DNA of 64,000 bases from Lepidodermella squamata (lineage: Eukaryota; Animalia; Gastrotricha). This document shows positions 12,681-23,825 of the stretch, piece after piece (position 1 is the stretch's first letter; each line of letters begins with the position of its first letter). The DNA lies in NCBI GenBank assembly GCA_047495785.1, contig JBLDXI010000003.1, positions 1,426,001 through 1,490,000 on the forward strand, read 5' to 3'. The notes under the pieces were generated by a model that saw nothing but the letters and a program-made list of their open reading frames with translations, was not told the DNA's origin and did no database searches. The translations under genes and the position numbers were made by a program.

Positions 12681-14009
12681 ACAGTGCTCCCTCGATTAGT
12701 GCACGGGGTCGGGGCTGTGTTCCGTGCACTTATCTAGGGATGCAGCAAACGAGGGCTGTTAAAGAGCTAGCGATGAATCATAAGTGTGTAGCTACGTTTT
12801 TTTCTTAGTTGCTAAGGAGACGCTGTTTTTAGTGGTTAGCCATATCTAAAAGCTAAGCCCGAGATCATTTTTTAAGGAGTCGCATTTTTTCTTAACAGCA
12901 TCTGTTGCCAGTAATGTATGGAAAAAGTTCGTTGGTCCACTAGGGTCATTTGAATCATGTTTCGGATCAATGGCCTTTTGGAGCAATTATCGTAATTATG
13001 GTGGCTGTTCTCATGATTATCATTACTGAAATAATTATTTAAATCGGGCTGGTAGTTATTATAATGTGAAAATTTAAAGCAGAATTAGTGCTCGAATCAA
13101 TTCGGGATTTCTAGAATTTTTGCACTATAAAATTCTGTGCCACGCCAATTTTTTCAACAGGAGCAAAAATCTAAGCATTTGTGATTTGTGATCTGTGATA
13201 TTTCTTAAAAAACTTTTAACTGATTTTAGCCACATTGAGATCCTGCTCCTCCCTGCGGTCGGAGAGGAGCGCCGGGTGAAACCCATTGAAGGGTAGATAA
13301 TAACCCTGACTTGGATTCGTCTTACAGCGGCTATTAGACTAAATAACAACCAAATCGATTAAAAGCAAAGTTCTACTCAGAAAATATAGCATTCGCTCAA
13401 ACAATATAGTTTTAGTACCAATGCTTATGCAATATTTGTATGGTATGACATGAGTAAAAAGTTTATATCTGTACGGAGCCGCCCGAGATTTACGAATCGA
13501 AACGAGCCGGAGGCGAGTTGAGATGATTTGGTCATGTCGACTCGGCTCCGCCTCGTCAACATGCCCGCATCTCGTGCTACTAATCTCAGATATAAATAAA
13601 TTAATGTTCCGATAAAGACCCGAACTGGGTAAATCTTTAACAAAAAGGAGAGCGATATTCTGTTGACAGTTTGTGCCCAGTGCGACGCTGGGTATATCGG
13701 TATGACGACGCGCCATCTCCACCAACGCATTGATGAACACAAATTGGCCTCGAGTTCCATCGGCAAGCACCTCAAGTCACATGATCTGCCGGATAACTTC
13801 AATTTGCACACCTGTTTCACCATATTGCGCAAATGCCGCAGCAGGTGGGAGTGCCTCTTGCACGAAAGTCTTCTGATTAAGAAGACGAAGCTTAAAATCA
13901 GCCTTAACGTGCAGACGGACTCGATCAAATTGAAGCTATTTTAGAATTCTTGTTATGTTTTTTCTTAATTGTTGTGATTGTTACTGTAATTCCTTTTCTT
14001 TTTTGTTTT

Positions 14010-14051
14010 AGAGTCTGATGATGGTACGAGCTAGTACCGAAACGTCACTTT
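14010..14051 (+). ncRNA. Minimal type I hammerhead ribozyme (pLTR copy 1)
   Basis: AGAGT-CTGATGA-T-GGTAC-GAGCTA-GTACC-GAA-ACGT-C-ACTTT: core boxes, stem II GGTAC/GTACC, palindromic loop-less stem III, GTC cleavage triplet, stem I AGAGT/ACTTT. Confidence 0.85.
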
Positions 14052-15942
14052 CAAATAAAACTGTCAACAGAATATCGCTCTCCTTTTTGTTAAAGATTTA
14101 CCCAGTTCGGGTCTTTATCGGAACATTAAAGCGCGATAATGACAATCTTGCTCTGTTTCGAAGTCTCGAGAACACGAGCAAGAAACTGACAAGTTGTTTG
14201 ATTGCGATTGACTTCATACGGCTTTGCCAGAACTTCTCAGTTACGCCTACGTTCGCGAGAGCTACGGCAGATAAGTCTGAGAAATGGAGCCAATCAACTA
14301 CCGTCTACCAACAGAACATCTTAGACGAGGAATTGCGATTCAAGCTCTCACAGTTGAGGGATCTCAAGACAGAATTCTCCCAGCAGTTCAAGCTGGCTCG
14401 GAAACGCTGGACCCCCTTTCGCTACATGGCATGTTTAGCAGTGATCGGCCGACTCCACTGGAAACACTTTGTTGAAAATTCGGAAGCAAACATTGATAAG
14501 TTCTCGCGACTGATCGATCCCAAAATTGATCTGGACAGACACATAATCAATCTTTCCAATTATCGACTCAGCTTCTTTGAAAAACTGGCCTTATGCCGCG
14601 GTCTCAATTTCTCTCTGCCCTCACCGGTGTCGAAGCAAGATGTCATGGCAGCGTTTGAACGCGGCTATTGGGATCTGGATAAGCGGCTTACAGATGAGAA
14701 GCGACCACTGGCTTCTTCGACGGTCAAATCGATCGCCTTGAATTACGCCGAAAAGAAGATCAATCCAGGACCACGCGCTTTATCTCATGCAATCAACAGG
14801 CTGAAGAACAGAGAGGACATTGTGATAACAGAGCCGGATAAAGGGTCAGGCGTAGTCATAATGAATACGGTTGATTACCACAGATTACTTCACCAGTCGT
14901 CAGTATCTGATACTACGAAATTCACCAAAATCGATGAAGCACGTCCGAAAACTCGAGGTCCTGCGCCCAAATACTACCATCCGTTACTGAAAAGGGAGGA
15001 AGAACTGAACGAAGCAGTCAAGAACCTTCTACCAAAAGCTGTTGCTGAGCAAGTTATGAGTAAAGGTGCGAGACTGGCACACTTGCGGGGATTGGTGTGT
15101 GGAGCACTGGTAAAGTCCGTTGGCGGGCTACTTCAGACAGAGGTCTATCACAAACCAACTGACACCGGACTTTTACTACACTTCCACAGCCACACGGATC
15201 TCAAATACAAGAAATGTTTGATAAAGACGATGCTTTACAGAGCTGATCGCCTGACAAGCGACTGGCCTGGTTTCGACAAGGAGGTAAAACTTCTTCGAAA
15301 GATTTTTACCGAGTTGGAATACCCTCAATCAATGTTTGATCGGATTCTCGCATCGTACCTGGACCGCCGTATGTCCCGTGAAAACTTGCCACCGAAACCC
15401 AAGGAGGATGCTGTGCGATTGGTTATTCCCTTCAAGGATGAAAAAAGCGCCCAAAGCCTCAAACACCGACTGAACGACCTGTCCAGCAGAATTCTGATTA
15501 CCATCCAGCCGATTTTCACAAGTCGAAAAATTGCCGAGGACTTTGGGGCCAGGGAACCCAAGCCCGATATTGTCAATCGTCAGTGCGTCGTTTACAAGTT
15601 TAAGTGTGCCCAGTGCGACGCTGGGTATATCGGTATGACGACGCGCCATCTCCACCAACGCATTGATGAACACAAATTGGCCTCGAGTTCCATCGGCAAG
15701 CACCTCAAGTCACATGATCTGCCGGATAACTTCAATTTGCACACCTGTTTCACCATATTGCGCAAATGCCGCAGCAGGTGGGAGTGCCTCTTGCACGAAA
15801 GTCTTCTGATTAAGAAGACGAAGCTTAAAATCAGCCTTAACGTGCAGACGGACTCGATCAAATTGAAGCTATTTTAGAATTCTTGTTATGTTTTTTCTTA
15901 ATTGTTGTGATTGTTACTGTAATTCCTTTTCTTTTTTGTTTT

Positions 15943-15984
15943 AGAGTCTGATGATGGTACGAGCTAGTACCGAAACGTCACTTT
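15943..15984 (+). ncRNA. Minimal type I hammerhead ribozyme (pLTR copy 2)
   Basis: Same sequence as copy 1, 1933 bp downstream. Confidence 0.85.
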
Positions 15985-17489
15985 CAAATAAAACTGTCAA
16001 CAGAATATCGCTCTCCTTTTTGATAAATAAATTACTCGTACTATATAGAATTGTCCCCAGAAATATAGGTTGAGTAGCTTTGACAATTCGATATTTTACG
16101 GTATAACATTCGTAAATCGTCGTATCTGAACTCGCCGCACTCGATTTACTCATCTCAACTCTTCTCCGGCTCGTTCCGACTCGTAAATCTCGGGCGGCTC
16201 CGTACAGATATAAACTTTTTACTCATGTCATACCATACAAATATAGGCTGGCACTAAACTTTCCCGATTCTTTGCGATATCGGCTCTTACCGATACTTTT
16301 GCCCTTCCTTAACATTTTAGCCGTTGCCATAGGTTATGCAGAAAAAGCATCATTGTTCCAAGTTCCAAGCCGGTTGGCATTGTGAATATGGAAAATCATT
16401 GATTTATAAGCGTGTTCGGGATTGCAGTCGCTCACGCCGCTAAACAAAATTGGTTCCGCTTTGCGGTTAATTCTGCGAAAAACTTGGCCTCGGTTCCGGC
16501 ATGCATAAGTCGGTATGGGTTCCAGTTTACGCCTAGAAAAGGATATGACTGCACCTCAGTATGTTCGAACAGGAATTTGCTACCTCATTTCGAATAGGAC
16601 GGCGAGAAGCTTTGTTCTGGTTCTCTTCAAATAGAGGCATTATTAAAACTAAAAAACCTAAGAAATATGCGTGCGATCATCTACCGAACGTTGCAACTGC
16701 TGTCTCATCGAGATGCGACTACAACCGATCGCCGTCATCACTTAGACAAAGTGCTGCCCGTCGTTCTCTTCGCCTAACCGATCTGCTGTCAACTTGTCTA
16801 CCGGTTTCATCGCGGCCGCCCGGTCATTCGCTGCGCTGATTTTCGCCGTATTTATGCCTGCTCGTTGTAACTCACTTGGCTCAACAACAGCGCATTATGC
16901 AACGCCAGTGGAGCAAGCCCGCGCTAACCTCGACAGAGCTCGACTAAGTCCTAAACGCTACTTTGACCGCTACGCCAACACTTGTCAGTTCTAGTTTCTA
17001 GTAGGACGACTTCGCACAGTCAAGCTGCACCGCATTGAAGTTACCTGCTGAGCAGAACACGAACACCATCGTCGTCGATATCGACCTCAAGCCGTTTGAC
17101 CAGTTTGAGGACTAGATGGCTGATCTACCTAAAACGCTAGCGCTGCACCAGCGCCAGCCAACTCGCGTCATGATTCGTCCCTTGAAGCTAGCGCTACGTC
17201 GATACCGAATTCGCTCTACCTGTTTCGAAGTGTCAACCTAACTGGCTCGTACGAATACGAATTGATCGTCTTAACATTTATCTGCTTTGCTCCCGCGGTT
17301 CTATCTACTCTCTAGCCCTGGTGAATTCCTATAGCAGTTTCGACGCACTACCGCGACGTGAGTGCGACGCTCGTGAAATCTCGTCTCCACTCGCCAACCG
17401 GTTCGTTCCGCCTCGATTTCACTCGTTTCATTCATTTTACTCGATCTATATTTCGTGCTTCTCTCAAATATAGATTCCTACTCATGTTA

Positions 17490-17897
17490 TATCCATAGAG
17501 AAAAAAATGACCAGAGTAAGCACTCAAGCTAAAATATTGATCTCCATTATTATAGAAGTGCGTTCTCAAAACGGATATCTCCGTTTTCTACCAAATTTTG
17601 CATGCCTATAGAACGCGAGCTGCTCTATCACGTGGTATAAGATTTGAGGTGGGCAATTGCTGCTCAGTCTTGATATCATCAAAATAAGTAAAACCATAGT
17701 GAAAACGAGGTTTTTGTATCGTAACAACGGCTGGGTTGCCCACCTCAAATCCTATACCACGTGATAGAGCAGCTCGCGTTCTATAGGCATGCAAAATTTG
17801 GTAGAATTATATTTTGAGAAAGTCAACTTTGAATAAAAATGAGGATTTAGAAATTTTACTTGAGTGCTTTCTCTGGTCATTTTTTCTCTATGGTTAT
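17490..17897. mobile_element. Palindromic (hairpin) MITE; a left-half copy occurs at about 31173-31370
   Basis: Outer arms tagagaaaaaaatgaccagag / ctctggtcattttttctcta. Near-perfect inner arms 17586-17656 and 17737-17806. Confidence 0.8.
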
Positions 17898-19587
17898 ATC
17901 ATACAAAATATAGAATTGTCCTCAAAAATAGATTCCGTGTATCAGGGGCGTAACCAGGAAACAATGTTGGTAATTGTTATGGATTTAGGAGCGAAATGTG
18001 CATATTTCTCTGGATAATCCAAGGTCGGCGAATGCCGATTTTCAATGGGAAATATTGAAAACATCGGGATTTCGAACGAACCGAGAAAAATCTCGGCAAA
18101 TTGGAAACTTCCTAACTTTACCTTTACCTTTACCTTTTCCTTAAGCTTTACGTAATGAGCAATTTTAGCCATAGAAAATTGGCCGAAGAGGGGGTTTTGA
18201 ATTTTCATTTTGGTAGTTGTTTGAACAACAAAAACAACCAGCTGGTTACCCCCTGCCCTGTATACACTCTGTCGCACTGGCTCAAGAACTCCGATCGCAT
18301 CCAATCCCTGACGAACGTCAGTCAATTCCTCTGGTATTGCGTGGCAACCCTCATGCGAGGCCTCGTGGGGGGTTAGCCGTGGTCGCGGCACGGCTCAGGT
18401 TCCAGCTCAAGCTGAACCTGTGGTATCTGAGCCAAGGTGCGGTCGTAGCCGGTATCTGTTATCTGTTATATCTGTTGGCGAAGCTGTCAGTAGCCGAGGT
18501 CAAGGTCGTGGCAAACTCACCAGCTCTGTTTCTGTCGATGAAGGACACAACGGAGGGCTAACAACTCGAAAGACGCGCCGGGGTTGAATTGTGGAACCAG
18601 CTGTCTAATTAGGTGTTCATCGGAAATCAGTATCTTAAAGTGTCGGAATATACTGTTATTGAAATATAGGTCGTTGTCTAATAACTAGTTTTTTGCCAAT
18701 TTGCTCAAAAAACGAGTTTGATATCTTGTAATAATGGATCCTATATAATGGATAAAAAAATTGGATCCTATGCCAAACATTTGGATCAAATGTCAAACTA
18801 TTATGCAATTCGGCGAAAATCAGGGACCCCAAAGTCCATGGAAATGATGTCGAATATGTTTTCTACCGGAGTTAAATAATTCCGCCATGAAAGGGTTAAC
18901 CTTCGCAGCGCAATTAAATTTTTCTGATAGCGATAAAATATTGTATCAATATTCTTGCTAGTAAAGAATAGTCACGTGCTCTCCCGTATTCATCGAATCT
19001 TCTAATAGAATGGGGCGATTTGGCGGCTATGCCGTTTTATCTATCTTAGGCAAGTCGCCCACCCCGCGATATTATACTTTTTCATCTCACTTCGTTTTTG
19101 ACTTATAACGACGGAACAAACACATCTAACGGCTCTCTGCACACTTTTTTGATACTTGCACCTAATTTTCCAGGTCGAGCCCTCAACAATGGGACCAATG
19201 CTTATTCTTATTAAATAAATAAATAAATATGGAGTCATCACCGCTCGCCGCTAACCGCCTGATTTTCGACTATTACGATAATAAAGAGCTATCGCGATGA
19301 TATATATATAATGATATTTAGAGAAGAATGCCTTATTTTAAAATAATGTTGATGAATAGTGTGAACTTATTCCAATAAGTAGTGCGAAGGGAAATCAGTA
19401 AGTAAACAGTACGCTAAAACCTTATAACTAGTTACCGAAATACTAACCCAGGCTTATACGAAAATGATACGTCGAAAAATGAGGAAAGTCGGCTGAAGTA
19501 GGAAAAGAATAGTCACATTCTATCCCGTTTTCATCACATCTTCGAATAAATGGGGCATATGAAATAGATCGGTCTCTATTAGGCATG

Positions 19588-19872
19588 AGTAGTAATAGGT
19601 ATCGGGACTATAGGTACACCTAAAAATTCATAAAAATAAAATTTTTGTCCCCAATCATATCACAGCTCGCAATTTTTCACCGTAAAACCTATCTACTGCG
19701 TATCGATTATAAACACCGCCTGAAACGTATTTTTTTGCCGTTTAGACCACCCTAAAAGCCAAATAAATAATTTTTCAGAAATAATTTTTCATTTATTCGA
19801 AAAATTGATTGTAGCTGTTATTTTTATGAAGAATTTTTAGGTGTACTTATAGTCCCGATACCTATTACTACT
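19588..19872. mobile_element. MITE with about 42-bp TIRs
   Basis: agtagtaataggtatcgggactataggtacacctaaaaattc versus gaatttttaggtgtacttatagtcccgatacctattactact. Confidence 0.75.
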
Positions 19873-20889
19873 GGCATGCCGGCAATAAAGCTTTCCGTTT
19901 CACACCTAGAAATAATACCAAAAAGGCAAATTGTATGCACCTTCTCCTAGATCCTAGAAATATAATACAAAAATCAGCCCACGTGAGTGAAACGAGCTGT
20001 GGTTGCCATATTTTGCACAAGAAATGGTATACATTACATTACATTACATCTTCTTTATTTCGTTACAAGATTTTAGAACAAAGTAGGAGACAGAAATGGT
20101 ATAGAGGTTTCAAAATTTCCAGTATAGCGCAGCCACATTTTACCGAAGCGGAAAAAATCGCACAATAGTCGCCTGTTCCGAGGAAATAAGTAAATTAAAA
20201 TAAGTATGTACATCCGATAATTAGAATTTCCTAATATAACTGCTAATATAATTCCTAAATCGTGTCGCTAAAATATCGCGGGTAGGGCAGAACGACTTGC
20301 CTGAAATAGAAACAATGGCTCAGAAAAAATGATGCGTAGAAATAACTGGCGCTCAGCTATGTTGCGACCGACTTGGCGAGTGGCGGATATGACATATTTT
20401 CTATTTGGCAAGTCGTTCTGTCGCCCACCGCGGCGAGTCGTTACTGCTTACCGCTTGATTCTCGTCTATTAAATGATAAAAAGCTATCACGATTATAATG
20501 ATATTTATTAAGTATTTAGGATTTTAAAATAATCTTGATCGTGTGCGTGAAATTATTCCAATACTGCCAAGGAAGCTTAATGAGTAAATAGCACGCTAGA
20601 ACTTTATAACCAATCGGATTAGTGAAAGAGACCTGCCTTCTAATCCAGTAAATATCAATTTACGAATTACGAATACAAATGATGATGATAACGATGGTAA
20701 TGACTCCAACGATTAGCTAACAACAGTTAACTATCGCCGATTTTATGCCGATGAGAGAAAACCTTTTATTGGTATACTGTGTTATATACAAACTATAACA
20801 TTGCCTTTGAGACACAGGATTATAAATTATTAAGTTTATAATTTGATGAGATTAATTGATGAATTAATTGCTTGATTGATTGATTAGTT

Positions 20890-21233
20890 AAGAATAACGA
20901 AGAACTACTATGATTGCATTTCGTTGCCAGTTTGTTTGCCTACATTCTTTTCGAACAACATTTTATGGAATATTGACCACAGACTAGACCTATCATTTGC
21001 TGAAAACCGCATCAAAAAATTCATCGTATTTGTGGAGCAATCGAAAAATTTCGGGGAAATAAATGTGCGTGCCATCGCTATTATTTTGCTTGTGCGCGCA
21101 GGGCATTTTATTGAAGGTGTGCGGGTCAAGTGCGCGCGTGCGCGGCTTCAGACGGACGGACAGACGGACAGACGGACAGACGGACGGACAGGCAATTTTG
21201 ACTGTATAGTACCGGGTTTCACCCGGCATTTTA
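20890..21233 (+). mobile_element. Possible Helentron-associated (HINE/DINE-1-like) element
   Basis: (GACG/GACA)n microsatellite at 21149-21191 followed by the 3' hairpin ccgggtttcacccgg and a T-rich end. Confidence 0.45.
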
Positions 21234-22291
21234 ACGGGACGAGCAAGCTAGGTTAAGCTAAAATTACACGAGCTTTCACCGAGCTATCAACGAGCTTTTC
21301 TGTTGAAGTATTTGTTAAAACGAATTCAAGATTATAAAGGGCTGAATCATCAACCAATTTATCTTAACGCTGAACAGCATCGTAAAGCACTCTAATTTGC
21401 CAATAAGTCATTAAATCATCCACTATCCACCAATCCATCAATGAGATTATAGTAGTTGTGAAGGAAAAAAATCACGAAAAGTCAGACGCGTGCACATCAT
21501 CAATTGCTCTCTGAATGGTCTGAGATAAAAAACGTTGATCTGTAAAGATCGAGAGATCACGTCGCCCAAAATTGCCGGGTTAATAATTGGGCATGTGAAA
21601 CGTTTATCAATTTCCAACTAAATTAGGCGGGCCTTTACTAATGGGACCTTTACCTTTACCTTCCTTATTAGAGAGCGAAAATTATTCGAGAAGCAGCAAA
21701 TTGGCTGTTGAAATATCCCGCGTCGGTCCAAAATTAACCAGCACCGCCTTTTCATTGCTAAAAAAGCTGTGGCTCAGCCAGCGTTGCTAATGAATACATT
21801 TTCTTGAACTTTAATAAATTTAATTTTGTAAATAATTTTTTCTTCCACTAATAAAAATTATTTAATTACCAATTTTGAGGGGGCTGTAAAAGTGTGGCAG
21901 ATAACGAGGGAATTGCACATAGCCAGGGTGCACTTAGCGAGGGAGCACTAGCTTCAACCTTATTGAATATGTGCTGTATCGCTTTGATAACAAGTTATTC
22001 TGTAAGAGTGTGGCAGATAACGAGGGAAATGCACATAGCCAGGGTGCACGTAGCGAGTGCTTGTTTAGTAACAAAATACCCAAACAACATTTAACATTCA
22101 ACTATAATAAAGGAATTCCAGGACGCCTAAATTTCAGATAATAATCGGCGCATTGTGACGCCGAAATTGCGTGTCAAGAAAGATCTAAAAATTAAAACTC
22201 GGCGTTCTTGCAGCAGAACCGGCTCATTTTTCGCCTACTGTCCTCATTTACCAAATCATCTTCGATACAAAAATGCAGCCTGTAAGACCTA

Positions 22292-23158
22292 CCGTCGTTT
22301 GGGGTGAAATGGGCACTTAGGGCGATTTAGCCGAAAATTGATGTCATCACATTACTTTTAATAGCTCATACAGCTATGTAGTTATGTAGACTGTAATTCA
22401 GATCTCTGAAAATATTTGTGCAGATAACCTTCAACAGACCCCCTACATCTGTAAAAATTTTCAGCCAGTGATGTCCGAAAATGAGGTCACGGCAAGCCAG
22501 TATATTTACAGGTAAGTTTAGGCGGGTAAAAACGACCCATTTTAATTGAATTATCTGTAACCAATTGAAAGGCTTTGAGTTCATGTGACATTTTTTCCTT
22601 CCACCATTTCCTTTGGTGATAACAAGGAAAAAAACCGCAACCCGAGGCGATGCACAGGTATGGCCAGGTAATTGTGCCCAAATTGCCCCATGGAAAAATC
22701 TTATATGGGGGCGAATTGGTCTTTTAGTTTAATTGGTCTATTTAATTATGAGAAGCGTTTAAACGTTCCCGACCACATGGGACAGTCAGGAACAGGCCAG
22801 GAATATAAAAAAAAATATTTGAACATTTTATTGATAAATAATTAATAAATTAATAAATAGTAAAGTAAAAAAAAGCATATAAAAATGTTGCATCCGGGAG
22901 ACGAACCATCACCCGCCACAGACATGCGGCACATTATAACCACTCGACCACTCAACAATCTCAAACTACTGTTATTCATTATCCATTTATAAAGATTAAG
23001 CCGCCCAATTCGCCCCAAAACACCTGCCCAATTTGCCCCATATCTGGGGCGAATTGAGATACATGAATCTTCGGAATCAGGACCCTTGGAAACGTGTAAA
23101 TATGCAATAAAATCAGGGGGTAATTTTTGTTCACTGCTCAACTCGCCCCAAAAGACGG
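22292..23158. mobile_element. Tc1/mariner-pogo-type MITE with TA target duplication
   Basis: TA-ccgtcgtttggggtga...tcgccccaaaagacgg-TA; internal GCCCCA/TGGGGC repeats. Confidence 0.65.
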
Positions 23159-23825
23159 TATGTATTCCTGCAGGCTGCTCTATTGTTAGATTTTATCTTG
23201 CGACGCAATTTCGGGGTCACTATATCAGGAAATTTATGAAATTAGGTTTGATCATTTACTTTAAGTATGGGAAAGCCTATCAATTGTCGAAAATATTATT
23301 TGTAGGGTAGCAAACCAGAAAGTGCACAGTTCATACCTATACGTAATAATCCGGCCATTCGGCCATTCGGCCATGTCAATATGCAATGAATGCATTGCAA
23401 TTACGAGGTACAAGATTCCATGATTAGATACTATGGCTAACCATTAAAATCAACGTCACCCTAACAACTCTAAGAAAAACGTAGCGACGCACTTATGATT
23501 CATGGAAGCCACGGTTGACACCGAAATAGGTATTACGAAGCCTCGATCCCACACTGCATGCCCTGCCCGGCCCGTAAGGTTGAAGCTATTTTTTAATCAC
23601 TTATTGGACAGGTCTAGCCGATCCTTATTGAAACGGCCTGTAGCGTGTAAGCGAGAAAGAAAGAATAAGTTCCTTGTGTACAACTGTTAATTGTTTCATT
23701 ACAAAGCGGAGAAAAACTGAAGCGTTGATGTGTTGAGCAGTAGACTGCTCACGTATTCTACTTCTGCAACGATGCAATAAATTTGTCGTTTAACCACAAT
23801 AGATTTGTATAGGTTGACTTGTCTA

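Larger units (their letters stand above)
13601..16022 (+). mobile_element. Penelope-like retroelement (GIY-YIG type) with tandem pLTRs, a 5' inverted segment and an internally deleted RT
   Basis: ORF 14018-15877 contains INLS...GLNF, PDKGSGVVIMN, VYHKPT...HFHSH and VVYKFKC...YIGMT.R.L..RI.EH (GIY-YIG). Direct repeats 13672-14089 and 15605-16022. 13601-13671 is the reverse complement of about 14058-14128. Flanked by an ATAAATAAATTA duplication. Confidence 0.93.
13432..16244. mobile_element. Non-autonomous TIR element (about 100-bp TIRs) hosting the Penelope insertion
   Basis: atatttgtatggtatgacatgagtaaaaagtttatatctgtacggagccgcccgagatttacg at 13432 is the reverse complement of about 16181-16244. 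Confidence 0.75.

Noticed and set aside
13339-13928. Minus-strand ORFs of 143 and 167 aa, and the 93-aa plus-strand ORF, as genes
   Set aside because: They are antisense shadows or the duplicated pLTR portion of the Penelope element.
16640-17440. CG-rich stretch with several short ORFs
   Set aside because: No continuous frame or motif I can support; probably a decayed TE.
18330-18560. RGRG-rich translation fragments
   Set aside because: Short and interrupted; cannot be assigned to any family.
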